Positions 7,744 to 20,042 of a DNA stretch of 44,552 bases are shown here, piece by piece. The stretch is from assembly GCA_023818885.1 (NCBI GenBank), contig JAMWDD010000001.1, positions 1 through 44,552 on the forward strand, read 5' to 3'. The notes under the pieces were generated by a model that was not told the origin of the DNA, ran no database searches, and saw only the letters and a program-made list of their open reading frames with translations. The number at the start of each line of letters is the position of its first letter. Position 1 is the stretch's first letter. Made by a program: the position numbers and the translations under genes. This DNA comes from Candidatus Omnitrophota bacterium (GTDB taxonomy: Bacteria; Omnitrophota; Gorgyraeia; Gygaellales; JAMWDD01).

Positions 7744-8699
7744 TGCGCGATAAAATCTTAGAATATTTAAAAAAGACCGATAGTCATATCTCTGGTGAGG
7801 AACTCAGCCAGCGCTTAAAGATAAGCCGGGCAGGGATTTGGAAACATATTCAAGAATTAAGAGAATCCGGCTATGAAATCGTTGCTGTGCCGCATCTGGG
7901 TTATCGACTCTTTTCTATCCCGGATAAACTCTTGCCGCAGGAAATAGCATGCGGCCTTAAGACAAAATCATTTGGATGTAAGATCCGCTATTATGAGATG
8001 GTTAGTTCAACGATGGATATAGCGATGCAGGCAGGTTTAGAAGGTGCTTTAGAGGGTGAACTTATCTTAGCTGAAGGCCAGAGCAGGGGTCGGGGTAGAT
8101 TAGGCCGCAGCTGGAATTCACCAAAATATAAAGGGATTTATATGTCTTTAATCTTGCGGCCAAAATTGCTTCCTCAAGAAACCCCTTGTCTTACATTGCT
8201 CAGTGCGGTTTCTGTGTGTGAGGCAATAAAAGAGGATGTCGGTTTAGACACAAATATAAAGTGGCCTAATGATATCGTCATCCATGAAAAGAAAGTAGGC
8301 GGAATTTTGACAGAATTAAATGCGGAGATGGATATTGTACATTTTGTGGTGATTGGTATCGGTATCAATGTGAATAATGACAAATCACAGCTTCCCCTGC
8401 ATGCTACATCTTTAAAAGAAGAAAAAAAAGAAGTGGTTAATCGCGTTACATTGTTAAGAAAAATTTTAGAAAAATTGGAGATAAATTATGATATTTTTAA
8501 AAAGCACGGATTTCACCCGATTACTGAGAAATGGCGCAGTTTTTCAACTACCTTAGGTTCGCGTATTAAGGTGACCTGCCAGAAGGAACACATTGAAGGC
8601 GAGGCGATAGATATAGATATTGACGGCGGACTTATAATAAGGAAAGATTCAGGTTTTATTGAGAAGGTTATGGCGGGGGATGTGGTCAAGGTAAGATAA
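7743..8699 (+). CDS. birA: bifunctional biotin-[acetyl-CoA-carboxylase] ligase / biotin operon repressor
   Basis: N-terminal winged-HTH (ISGEELSQRLKISRAGIWKHIQELRESGYEI), GRGRLGRSW biotin-binding loop and KWPNDI. Confidence 0.92.
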   Translation: MRDKILEYLKKTDSHISGEELSQRLKISRAGIWKHIQELRESGYEIVAVPHLGYRLFSIPDKLLPQEIACGLKTKSFGCKIRYYEMVSSTMDIAMQAGLEGALEGELILAEGQSRGRGRLGRSWNSPKYKGIYMSLILRPKLLPQETPCLTLLSAVSVCEAIKEDVGLDTNIKWPNDIVIHEKKVGGILTELNAEMDIVHFVVIGIGINVNNDKSQLPLHATSLKEEKKEVVNRVTLLRKILEKLEINYDIFKKHGFHPITEKWRSFSTTLGSRIKVTCQKEHIEGEAIDIDIDGGLIIRKDSGFIEKVMAGDVVKVR

Positions 8700-8704
8700 T
8701 CTAA

Positions 8705-8736
8705 TTGTAAACTAAAATTTTCATTAAAGTTGACAA
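8705..8736 (+). promoter_or_regulatory. BirA operator (bioO)-like inverted repeat TTGTAAAC-N16-GTTGACAA
   Basis: TGTAAAC (8706-8712) and GTTGACA (8729-8735) are inverted half-sites with one mismatch, matching the known TGTAAAC-N14-16-GTTTACA BirA box. It sits between birA and bioB and overlaps the -35. Confidence 0.7.
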
Positions 8737-8757
8737 TTGAATACTACCTGCTAAAAT
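8730..8757 (+). promoter_or_regulatory. candidate bioB promoter (TTGACA-16-TAAAAT)
   Basis: TTGACA at 8730-8735 and TAAAAT at 8752-8757, about 33 nt upstream of the bioB ATG. Confidence 0.5.
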
Positions 8758-8778
8758 AGTAGGTAGTATTTATTTTAT
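8740..8778 (+). terminator. candidate intrinsic terminator or hairpin downstream of birA (12-bp stem, 7-nt loop, U-rich tail)
   Basis: AATACTACCTGC (8740-8751) pairs with GTAGGTAGTATT (8759-8770) with one G.U. It is followed by TATTTTAT. The loop contains the putative -10. Confidence 0.35.
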
Positions 8779-8789
8779 AGAGAAGAAAT

Positions 8790-9764
8790 ATGCAAAAGCT
8801 AATTAGTAATTTGACCTCTAAAGTTCTTAGCCAGAGGGATATTTCAAAAGACGAAGCCTTAAGTTTATTGCAAGTTAAAGGTAGCGATTTATTTTACCTT
8901 TTTGCTTCTGCCAATTCTATCCGCCAGCATTTTAGGGGAAATAAGATAAGTCTCTGCACCATAACCAATGCCAAAAGCGGAGATTGTTTTGAGGACTGTA
9001 AATTCTGCGCCCAGTCGCGTTATCACAATACAAATATTGCGGTTTATCCTTTGATTTCCGTTGATGAGATGTTGAGGCGGGCGGAACAGGCAATAAGGGC
9101 GGGAACGCATCGGTTTTGTCTGGTGACCAGTGGCGGCAGTCTGGATGATAAGGAGATGGATTTGATATGCGAAGGTATCAGCCGCATAAAGAATAAATTC
9201 CCACATATAAAACTGGATGCCTCCTTAGGTAAGATTGATTATCCTGCGGCGAAGCGTCTTAAAGAAGCGGGTCTGAATAGATACAATCATAATTTAGAGA
9301 CCGTGCCGGAATATTTTTCTCAGATTTGCTCAACGCATACCTATAGGGATAGATTGGAGACTATATCTATTTTGAAACAGGCGGGGTTGGAAATTTGTTG
9401 TGGTGGAATATTAGGGATGGGAGAGAACGAAACCCAGCGCGTTGAATTTGGTTTTATTCTAAAAGGACTTGATTTAGATTCTATTGCTTTAAATTTCTTA
9501 AATCCTATCCCTGGAACAGGGCTGGCGCAAAGAGAGCCATCCCCTGCCTTAGAATTAATAAAGATAGCAGCGATCTTGCGTTTTATTTTGCCCGACAAGG
9601 AAATTCGTCTTTGCGGAGGGAGGGAAAAGAATTTAAGAGGTCTCCAGGCGCTTGCGTTTTGTGCCGGAATAGATGCAACGATTATTGGCGATTATCTCAC
9701 GACCAAAGGCAATCCCGTTAAAGAGGACCTGGAGATGTTAATTGACTTGGGTTTTTCCGTCTGA
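8790..9764 (+). CDS. bioB: biotin synthase
   Basis: Radical SAM CFEDCKFCAQS, LVTSGG, YNHNLET and GGILGMGE motifs. Confidence 0.92.
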   Translation: MQKLISNLTSKVLSQRDISKDEALSLLQVKGSDLFYLFASANSIRQHFRGNKISLCTITNAKSGDCFEDCKFCAQSRYHNTNIAVYPLISVDEMLRRAEQAIRAGTHRFCLVTSGGSLDDKEMDLICEGISRIKNKFPHIKLDASLGKIDYPAAKRLKEAGLNRYNHNLETVPEYFSQICSTHTYRDRLETISILKQAGLEICCGGILGMGENETQRVEFGFILKGLDLDSIALNFLNPIPGTGLAQREPSPALELIKIAAILRFILPDKEIRLCGGREKNLRGLQALAFCAGIDATIIGDYLTTKGNPVKEDLEMLIDLGFSV

Positions 9765-9792
9765 AGCTCAATCTTTAAGAGCCAGGCTTGAA

Positions 9793-10959
9793 ATGTTTGA
9801 TTTAAGAGAAGAACTGGATATTTTAGAGAGTAAGGGCCTGAGGCGCAAACTTTCTTTATTAGAAAGCGTGCAGGCAGAGGAGATTATTATTGAAGGCAAA
9901 AATTGCCTTAATTTATGCTCAAATAACTATCTGGGTCTTGCTTCTGAACCGCGCCTTAAAGCGGCAGCCATTGAGGCAATTAAAAACTATGGTTTAGGTA
10001 GCGGTGCCTCACGCCTGGTATGCGGCAATCATCGTCTTTATAAAGAATTGGAAGAGAAAATTGCCGAATTTAAAGAGACACCGTCTTCTTTAGTTTTTAA
10101 TTCTGGCTATGCGGCTAATTTAGGGATTATTTCGGTCTTGGTAGATGAAAAGGATATCGTTTTTTCTGATAAACTTAATCATGCCTCAATCATTGACGGA
10201 ATCCTTTTAAGCCGAGCAAAATTTAGGCGCTATCCGCATAAAGATATTGAGGCATTAGAGGCAATGCTTAAGGACTCAGGGAATTTTAGAAGAAGATTGA
10301 TTGTTACGGATACGGTCTTTAGTATGGATGGCGATATTGCGCCTTTAACTGAAATTGTAGAATTAGCAAGAAAATATAATGCCAAAGTTATGGTAGATGA
10401 AGCGCATGCCACCGGCGTTTTTGGCAAGAGCGGCAGAGGGATAGTAGAGCATTTCAACCTTAAAAATGAGATATTTATTCAGATGGGGACGTTGAGTAAA
10501 GCCATCGGTTGCTTGGGGGCATATGTTTGCGCTGGTAAGGATACCATTGATTACCTGATAAATAAGGCGCGCAGTTTAATTTATACTACTGCCTTGCCTC
10601 CTGCCATATTAGCTGCAAGTATCAAGGCAGTTGAGATAATTCAGCAGGAACCAGAGAGAAGAAAAGTGCTTTTTGAAAATGCCGAATTTTTTAGGAGTAA
10701 CTTAAGAAGATTTGGACTCAATACCCTGGATTCACAAAGCCCAATTATACCGGTTGTGGTAGGGAGGGTAGATTTGGCCGTAGAATTTAGTAAGCGATTA
10801 TTTAATGAAGGTATATTTTGCCCTGCCATTCGGCCACCTACGGTTCCCAAAGGTGATGCGCGTCTAAGGATGACCGTGATGGCAACACATAAGAAAGAAC
10901 ACTTAGAATTCGCTTTGGAAAAAATTAAAAAGATTGCCAAAGATTTAGGGTTGCTTTAG
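9793..10959 (+). CDS. bioF: 8-amino-7-oxononanoate synthase
   Basis: SNNYLGL, GSGASRLVCGN, DEAHATG and GTLSKA (PLP Lys) motifs. The ORF is open from TTG 9742, but ATG 9793 (MFDLREELD...) matches typical BioF N-termini. Confidence 0.88.
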   Translation: MFDLREELDILESKGLRRKLSLLESVQAEEIIIEGKNCLNLCSNNYLGLASEPRLKAAAIEAIKNYGLGSGASRLVCGNHRLYKELEEKIAEFKETPSSLVFNSGYAANLGIISVLVDEKDIVFSDKLNHASIIDGILLSRAKFRRYPHKDIEALEAMLKDSGNFRRRLIVTDTVFSMDGDIAPLTEIVELARKYNAKVMVDEAHATGVFGKSGRGIVEHFNLKNEIFIQMGTLSKAIGCLGAYVCAGKDTIDYLINKARSLIYTTALPPAILAASIKAVEIIQQEPERRKVLFENAEFFRSNLRRFGLNTLDSQSPIIPVVVGRVDLAVEFSKRLFNEGIFCPAIRPPTVPKGDARLRMTVMATHKKEHLEFALEKIKKIAKDLGLL

Positions 10960-11631
10960 ATGAAAACTCTTGTATTTATTCATGGCTGGGCATCGTCTCC
11001 AGAAGTTTGGTATAAACAGAAAGAATATTTTAAAAAATACAATATCCTTCTGCCGGAATTAGATTTAGATAATCTTAAAGACAACGCAGACAAAATTTAT
11101 TCTCTGTGCAAAGGCAAAGGTAATCTTGCGATTATCGCCTGGTCAATGGGTTGGCTGGTAACTTTAAAATTAATGGAATACTTCCCTTTAGATATCAAGG
11201 CATTAGTTAGTATCTGTGGAACGCCCAAATTTATCTCTGAAGATTACCTTGATGGCGGCATAAGAAGACAGCAATTACGTGCTTTACGTTTGGCGCTTAA
11301 AAAAGATTTTACGTCTGCTTTAAATAGATTCTATCAACAGCATCGCATACCTCTTAGGGCAGAGAATTTTCTGAATAAAAAAGAGCTTTGGATTAAGCAG
11401 TTAGATATTTTAGAAAAAGAGGACTTAAGAAAAAATCTTTCTTTAATTGAATGTCCGACACTATTTATCACCGGCCAGGATGATATGCTTTCTCCAATAT
11501 CTTTGCAAAATTATATGAGTAATTACGTTAAAAACTCGGTTATCAGAGTAGTTGAATTTAGTGCCCATGCTCCTTTTATCGATAACAGTAAGGAGATAAA
11601 CAATTTTATAAAAGGGACAGTTCTTGCATAA
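10960..11631 (+). CDS. bioH: pimeloyl-[ACP] methyl ester esterase, alpha/beta hydrolase (BioH-like)
   Basis: FIHGWASS, nucleophile elbow AWSMGW, and a C-terminal SAHAPFI His motif as in E. coli BioH. Positioned between bioF and bioC. Confidence 0.75.
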   Translation: MKTLVFIHGWASSPEVWYKQKEYFKKYNILLPELDLDNLKDNADKIYSLCKGKGNLAIIAWSMGWLVTLKLMEYFPLDIKALVSICGTPKFISEDYLDGGIRRQQLRALRLALKKDFTSALNRFYQQHRIPLRAENFLNKKELWIKQLDILEKEDLRKNLSLIECPTLFITGQDDMLSPISLQNYMSNYVKNSVIRVVEFSAHAPFIDNSKEINNFIKGTVLA

Positions 11632-14420
<2,789 letters not shown>

Positions 14421-14422
14421 AT

Positions 14423-15493
14423 ATGAGAAGACGTGTATTGGTGGCAATGAGTGGAGGGGTGGATTCTTCGGTAGCCGCTGCCTTATTAAAAAAAGCTGGC
14501 GATGAAGTTATTGGCCTAACCATGTGTTTTAATCTTCCCGCCACAACCAGTAAAAAACCACATTGCTGCGGTAGAGAAGCAATTGAGGATGCCAGAAGAG
14601 TGGCGGAGAAGTTAGATATCCGGCACTATGTATTAAATTTTTCTAAAGTTTTGGAAGAGAAGGTTATTAAAAATTTCTGTCAGGAATATCTAAAAGGCCA
14701 TACACCCAACCCCTGTATAAGATGCAATCAATACCTTAAGTTTGGTATTCTTTTAAAAAGGGCCCTCGCCCTCGGATGTGATTATTTAGCCACCGGCCAT
14801 TATGCCCGCATTACGAGGAGTGGCAAAAAATATTTTTTGAAAAAAGCTGCCGATAAATACAAGGACCAATCTTATTTTCTATATCGCTTAAGCCAAAAAC
14901 AACTAAAACACATTCTTTTTCCTTTGCAAGAATTATCAAAAGACAAAACCAGGCAACTGGCTAAAAAATTTGGTTTGCCCGTGGCAGATAAGTCAGCCAG
15001 CCAGGAAATTTGTTTTATTCCAGATGACGATTACGGCGCATTCTTAATAAAGCGTTTAGGTAACCAGATTAAACCCGGAGATATTGTGGATAAAGAAGGT
15101 AATGTATTGGGTAGGCATCGGGGTAGTTGTTTCTATACCATTGGTCAGCGAGAGGGCTTGGGAATTGCCAGGGGTTATCCGCTTTATGTCAGCGCAATCG
15201 ATGGAAAGAGAAATAGATTGGTGGTGGGTGAGAAAAAAGATGTTTTTAAAAAAGAATTTATTGCAAAAGATGTACATTTTATCTTGGGGACAATAAACAA
15301 AAAGATTGAGTTAAAGGCAAAGATAAGATACAATCACAAGGAAGCAGTTTGTGTAATCCAGCGTTTAAAGAGAAATAGGTTAAAGGTTAAATTTAAAAAA
15401 CCGCAAGCGGCAATTACGCCGGGACAGTCCGTGGTGTTTTATAAGGGTGAGGTGGTTGTGGGTGGGGGAATTATTGAAAAGGTAATAGATTAG
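14423..15493 (+). CDS. mnmA: tRNA-specific 2-thiouridylase
   Basis: AMSGGVDSS PP-loop, NPCIRCN, DQSYFL and SQEICF motifs. Confidence 0.92.
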   Translation: MRRRVLVAMSGGVDSSVAAALLKKAGDEVIGLTMCFNLPATTSKKPHCCGREAIEDARRVAEKLDIRHYVLNFSKVLEEKVIKNFCQEYLKGHTPNPCIRCNQYLKFGILLKRALALGCDYLATGHYARITRSGKKYFLKKAADKYKDQSYFLYRLSQKQLKHILFPLQELSKDKTRQLAKKFGLPVADKSASQEICFIPDDDYGAFLIKRLGNQIKPGDIVDKEGNVLGRHRGSCFYTIGQREGLGIARGYPLYVSAIDGKRNRLVVGEKKDVFKKEFIAKDVHFILGTINKKIELKAKIRYNHKEAVCVIQRLKRNRLKVKFKKPQAAITPGQSVVFYKGEVVVGGGIIEKVID

Positions 15494-15495
15494 AG

Positions 15496-16419
15496 ATGAA
15501 AAAAACTATAGATAGGGAGTTAGAGAATAAAATCAATAAACTTAAAAAGGAGCGCCAGGCAGTAATTTTGGCGCATAATTACCAGCTTCCCGAAGTCCAG
15601 GACATCGCCGATTACCGGGGAGATTCTCTGGAATTAAGTCGGATTGCTGCCAAGACCGCTGCAAAGATAGTAGTATTTTGCGGCGTTCATTTTATGGCAG
15701 AGACCGCTTCAATTTTATGTCCGGACAAAATGATAATTGTTCCGGATATACATGCAGGATGCCCAATGGCAAATATGATTACCGCTTCTGATGTAAAAAA
15801 ACTTAAAGAAAAACATCCGGATGCTTTGGTTGTATCTTATGTAAATACTTCTGCCGAAGTTAAAGCAGAATCGGATATCTGCTGCACTTCTACTAATGCC
15901 GTAAAGGTAGTGAATTTTTTAAAAGATAAATATAAAGAAATTATCTTTATTCCGGATAAGTATCTGGCAGATTTTGTTGCGAAAAAAACCGGCAAGAAAC
16001 TAATTTTCTGGAATAGTTACTGCCCTACACATATAAAGATAACTGCTAAAGATATAATTAATAAAAAGATGTTTCACCCGGAGGCAAAGGTAATTGTTCA
16101 TCCGGAATGTCTGCCGGATGTAGTTGCCTTGGCAGATGAAGTTTTATCTACCGGTATGATGTGTAAATATGTCAAAGAAGTAAAAGCAAAAGAATTTATC
16201 ATCGGCACAGAAGTAGGTTTGATCTATCGTCTTAAGAAAGATAACCCCGGCAAGGAATTTTATCCTGCTTCTGAGGCAGCGGTCTGCCCGAATATGAAAC
16301 GCATTAACCTTGAGAAGGTCCTCTGGTCGCTTGAGGAATTAAAAGAAGAAGTAAGGGTTCCCGCACAGATACGCGAAAAAGCCATCAGGCCGATTGAGGA
16401 AATGCTTAAAATTTTATGA
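15496..16419 (+). CDS. nadA: quinolinate synthase
   Basis: ILAHNYQ, FCGVHFMAET, VHPEC and AVCPNMK motifs. About 307 aa. Confidence 0.9.
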   Translation: MKKTIDRELENKINKLKKERQAVILAHNYQLPEVQDIADYRGDSLELSRIAAKTAAKIVVFCGVHFMAETASILCPDKMIIVPDIHAGCPMANMITASDVKKLKEKHPDALVVSYVNTSAEVKAESDICCTSTNAVKVVNFLKDKYKEIIFIPDKYLADFVAKKTGKKLIFWNSYCPTHIKITAKDIINKKMFHPEAKVIVHPECLPDVVALADEVLSTGMMCKYVKEVKAKEFIIGTEVGLIYRLKKDNPGKEFYPASEAAVCPNMKRINLEKVLWSLEELKEEVRVPAQIREKAIRPIEEMLKIL

Positions 16420-17048
16420 AGACAATCCCCGTAGTTTATGAAGACCCCTGGCTTTTGGTGGTAGATAAGCCCTCTGGGCTTCTTACTATACCTGCTCCCC
16501 AGAAAGAAACCCATACCCTCACCCAGATTTTAAATGAGGAGTTAAGACAGAAAGGTGTATCTTATCGACTCCACCCCTGTCATCGTCTGGATAGAGATAC
16601 TTCTGGCCTGATTATTTATGCAAAAGGAAAGTCAATCCAGAAACAGATAATGGCAGCATTTAAAAATCAAAAAATCAAGAAAAAATACATTGCCTTTGTG
16701 CAGGGACAGCTCAAAAATAGCGCGGGTGAGATTGATAAAAAAATAGACGGTCTTTCTGCTTTAACCCGCTACCGCATTTTAGAGAGAAGGAGAGATTTTA
16801 ATATTGTAGAAGTAATTCCTTTTACCGGCCGAAAAAATCAAATCCGAATACATTTTAAAAGTATAGGCCATCCGATCGTGGGCGAAGATAAATTCGCCTA
16901 TCGCCGCGATTTTAAATTGAGGTTTAAGCGGCTTTGCCTGCATGCAAAATCGCTGGAGTTTGTCCATCCCATAACCAAAAAAAATATAAAGATTGAGATA
17001 GAATTACCAAGAGATTTAAAAGATTTTATAGGACGTTATCGCCACTAA
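16416..17048 (+). CDS. RluA-family pseudouridine synthase (no S4 domain)
   Basis: HRLDRDTSGL catalytic-Asp motif and GRKNQIRIH. Confidence 0.85.
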   Translation: MKTIPVVYEDPWLLVVDKPSGLLTIPAPQKETHTLTQILNEELRQKGVSYRLHPCHRLDRDTSGLIIYAKGKSIQKQIMAAFKNQKIKKKYIAFVQGQLKNSAGEIDKKIDGLSALTRYRILERRRDFNIVEVIPFTGRKNQIRIHFKSIGHPIVGEDKFAYRRDFKLRFKRLCLHAKSLEFVHPITKKNIKIEIELPRDLKDFIGRYRH

Positions 17049-17050
17049 AA

Positions 17051-17797
17051 ATGTTAAAGTGCATAATATTGGGATTAGTCCAGGGCCTGACTGAGTTTTT
17101 GCCGATAAGTAGTTCCGGCCATCTGGTGATTTTAGGAAATATTTTTGGCCTTCAGGGTAGTGAATTATTCATCACGGTTTTCCTGCATCTGGCCACTGCC
17201 TTGGCGTTGGTAGTATTTTTTATAAAAGATATTTTCAGGGCAATGCGCGATATTAGATTGCTTATGTTGATTCTCACCGTTACCCTTATTACCGGCCTTA
17301 TTGCGATAAGTGCAAAGGACTTTTTCGAGAGTTTTTTTTCTAATCCTAAATCAGTAGCCGTTTTTTTATTTATTACCGGTGTCATCCTTATATCTACCAT
17401 GGCAATGAGAGCCGGAAAGAGGGATATAAAAAAATTAAAATTTATGGATGCGCTTATTTTGGGCGTCACCCAAGGCCTGGCAATTATCCCGGGAATTTCG
17501 CGCTCTGGCACTACGCTTTCATTACTTTTATTTAGAAACCTGGATTACGAAGCCGCCTTTAAATTTTCCTTTTTAGCGGCAATCCCGGCAATTGTGGGTG
17601 CAGCAATCTTAGAATTTAAAAATTTTCCGGCCATAAAGATAAATAAAATTGATTTAAGCGTAGCCTTTATGATCAGTTTTGTAACCGGTTTATTTTCGCT
17701 TTTTATCCTCAAGAAAATAATGATAAAGAGAAAATTTTATTTGTTCGGATATTATTGTATTGCCATTGCTGTAATAACCTTTATTTTTCTTAAATAA
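17051..17797 (+). CDS. uppP: undecaprenyl-diphosphate phosphatase
   Basis: GLTEFLPISSSGH and PGISRSG motifs in a polytopic membrane protein. Confidence 0.9.
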   Translation: MLKCIILGLVQGLTEFLPISSSGHLVILGNIFGLQGSELFITVFLHLATALALVVFFIKDIFRAMRDIRLLMLILTVTLITGLIAISAKDFFESFFSNPKSVAVFLFITGVILISTMAMRAGKRDIKKLKFMDALILGVTQGLAIIPGISRSGTTLSLLLFRNLDYEAAFKFSFLAAIPAIVGAAILEFKNFPAIKINKIDLSVAFMISFVTGLFSLFILKKIMIKRKFYLFGYYCIAIAVITFIFLK

Positions 17798-17817
17798 AGA
17801 ATAAAGAGAGGTGAAAG

Positions 17818-18270
17818 ATGCTAGAGGAAAAAATTTTAAATGATTTTAAAGAGGCGATGAAAAATAAGGAGATGATAAGAGTATCAACCTTAAGTTTTTT
17901 GCGTTCAGAGATGATGAATGTAGCGATTGATAAAAGGAAGAAGGCCTTAGACGACGGCGAAGTGATGGCGGTGATAAAGAAACAGATTAAACAGCACCGA
18001 GATTCTATAGCGCAATTTGAAAAAGGGAATCGTTTAGATTTAGTAGAAAAAGAAAGAAAGGAACTGGAGATTTTAGAATCTTATCTACCCCAACAGCTTT
18101 CAGCCGAAACGGTTAAAGGTGTGGTAAGGGAAGTTATTGTTGATACAGCTGCGCAAGGCATGAAAGATATGGGCAAGGTGATGAAAGAGGCAATGGCAAG
18201 ATTAGAGGGGAAGGCAGATGGAAAACTCGTCAGCGATATTGTAAAGGAATTACTTTCTGGCACAAAATAA
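17818..18270 (+). CDS. GatB/YqeY domain-containing protein
   Basis: About 150 aa. LKEAMKNKE...LSFLRSE...ESYLPQQLS is the pattern typical of YqeY. Confidence 0.8.
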   Translation: MLEEKILNDFKEAMKNKEMIRVSTLSFLRSEMMNVAIDKRKKALDDGEVMAVIKKQIKQHRDSIAQFEKGNRLDLVEKERKELEILESYLPQQLSAETVKGVVREVIVDTAAQGMKDMGKVMKEAMARLEGKADGKLVSDIVKELLSGTK

Positions 18271-18370
18271 ACCTTGTCTGGAGATTTTTTAGATGATAAA
18301 ATTATGTATTAACTTTAAAAAATATAATATTTAATTCCGATGTAGAATCGGCTATTATGCGGAGGGGAAA

Positions 18371-18853
18371 ATGGATGAGATTTTAGAGATTTTAGAAAAA
18401 GATGCGCGTATCACACCTGATGAGATTGCCAAGATGACCGGAAAAAGGCCAGAAGCGGTCAGGAAGGCAATAAAACACTACGAAAAAGAAGGGATAATCT
18501 TAAAATATAAGACCTTGATTAACAAAGAGTTAGTAAAGGATGAATCTCCCGTAAGGGCCTTGATTGAGGTTAATGTTATTCCCCAAAAGGATGTGGGTTT
18601 TGATAAGGTTGCGGAGCGGATATATTCTTTTTCCGAAGTCATTAGCTGCTATCTTATCTCCGGCACCTATGACCTTTTAGTGATGGTGGAAGGCAAAGAT
18701 TTGCATACCGTAGCCCGATTTGTGGCAGAAAAACTCGCTCCCTTAGAATATGTAAGAGGCACGGTAACCCATTTTCTTTTAAAGAAATATAAAGAAGACG
18801 GTGTAGTTTTAAAACTAAAGCGGGAAGAAAAAAGGATAACTATTTCGTATTGA
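18371..18853 (+). CDS. Lrp/AsnC family transcriptional regulator
   Basis: N-terminal HTH (ILEKDARITPDEIAKMTG) followed by an RAM/AsnC_trans_reg-like domain (SGTYDLLVMV). Upstream of an aminotransferase, as in the B. subtilis alaR-alaT pair. Confidence 0.8.
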   Translation: MDEILEILEKDARITPDEIAKMTGKRPEAVRKAIKHYEKEGIILKYKTLINKELVKDESPVRALIEVNVIPQKDVGFDKVAERIYSFSEVISCYLISGTYDLLVMVEGKDLHTVARFVAEKLAPLEYVRGTVTHFLLKKYKEDGVVLKLKREEKRITISY

Positions 18854-18857
18854 TACA

Positions 18858-20042
18858 ATGATTATTTCTAAGAAGGTAGAGCAAATACAGCCATCGGGAA
18901 TTCGGCAATTCTTTGATTTAGTACTGGGAATGAAGGAGGTTATTTCCTTAGGCGTGGGAGAACCGGATTTTGTTACTCCTTGGAATATTCGCGAAGCAGG
19001 CATTTTTGCACTTGAAGAAGGTTTTACTTCTTATACCTCAAATAAAGGACTTTATAAATTAAGATTAATATTACACCAACACTTAAAGCAAAAATTTAAT
19101 TTAGATTATCGTCCAGACGATGAAATTTTGATTACCGTAGGTGTAAGTGAGGCAGTGGACTTAGTTTTGCGCGCAATTATCAATCCGGGCGATAAAATTA
19201 TTATCCCTGAGCCAAGTTACGTTTCTTATGGGCCGGTTACTGAACTTGCCGGAGGGATACCGGTATATATTGATACTAAAAAAAGTAATTTTAAATTAAT
19301 GCCTGATGCTTTAGAGAGGGTAATTGATAAGAAAACAAAGGCCTTGATTTTGAATTACCCCGCAAATCCTACGGGTATTTCCTATACGCAAAAGGAATTG
19401 TTAGAGTTAAAAAAAATACTTTCCAAATACCATCTTTTATGTATAACTGATGAAATCTACCACGATTTAACTTATGACTTTGAACATACACATTTCATTA
19501 CTCTTACCGGTGCAAAAAATATGACGGTTTATCTTGATGGTTTTTCTAAAAGTTATGCGATGACGGGTTGGCGTATTGGTTTTGCTTGCGGACCGAAAGA
19601 AATTATTCAGGCAATGACTAAGATTCATCAATACACCATAATGTGCGTTCCGACCATTTCTCAGATGGCCGCCTGTGAGGCATTACAGGCAGGTAGAAAA
19701 TCAGTTGAGGAAATGAAAAGGGAATACAAAAGAAGGCGCGAATTTATTGTGGATAGTTTAAAGAGGTTAGGCCTTGCTTGTTCAAAGCCCGAAGGTGCTT
19801 TCTATGTTTTTCCTTCCATAAAAAGCACCGGTTTAAATTCACTCGAATTTGCCCAAAGGTTATTAAAAGAGCAGCGGGTTGCGGTAGTGCCCGGAACGGC
19901 CTTTGGGAAAAATTATGATGATTATGTGCGGATATCTTATGCCTCAAGTTATGAAAATTTAAAAGAGGCAATGGCTAGAATTGAAAATTTTTTAAAAAAA
20001 AGTTTGAGGAGAGAAAAACATGAAACCAAAAACAAAGTCTGA
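18858..20042 (+). CDS. class I/II pyridoxal-phosphate aminotransferase (AlaT/AspC-like)
   Basis: GEPDF, NPANPTG and the SKSYAMTGWRIG PLP-Lys motif. Confidence 0.88.
   Translation: MIISKKVEQIQPSGIRQFFDLVLGMKEVISLGVGEPDFVTPWNIREAGIFALEEGFTSYTSNKGLYKLRLILHQHLKQKFNLDYRPDDEILITVGVSEAVDLVLRAIINPGDKIIIPEPSYVSYGPVTELAGGIPVYIDTKKSNFKLMPDALERVIDKKTKALILNYPANPTGISYTQKELLELKKILSKYHLLCITDEIYHDLTYDFEHTHFITLTGAKNMTVYLDGFSKSYAMTGWRIGFACGPKEIIQAMTKIHQYTIMCVPTISQMAACEALQAGRKSVEEMKREYKRRREFIVDSLKRLGLACSKPEGAFYVFPSIKSTGLNSLEFAQRLLKEQRVAVVPGTAFGKNYDDYVRISYASSYENLKEAMARIENFLKKSLRREKHETKNKV

Noticed and set aside
15084-15296. 70-aa same-strand out-of-frame ORF within mnmA (and 34930-35172 within dnaK)
   Set aside because: They are embedded in highly conserved coding sequence in another frame, with no RBS and no motif. 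There is no evidence for programmed frameshifting (no slippery heptamer noticed).
18293-18334. 13-codon mini-ORF (MIKLCINFKKYNI) with a GGAGA 8 nt upstream, in the yqeY-lrp spacer; possible leader peptide
   Set aside because: The region is very AT-rich, so short ORFs arise by chance. There is no run of regulatory codons and no alternative terminator/antiterminator hairpins, so this is not supportable without conservation data.
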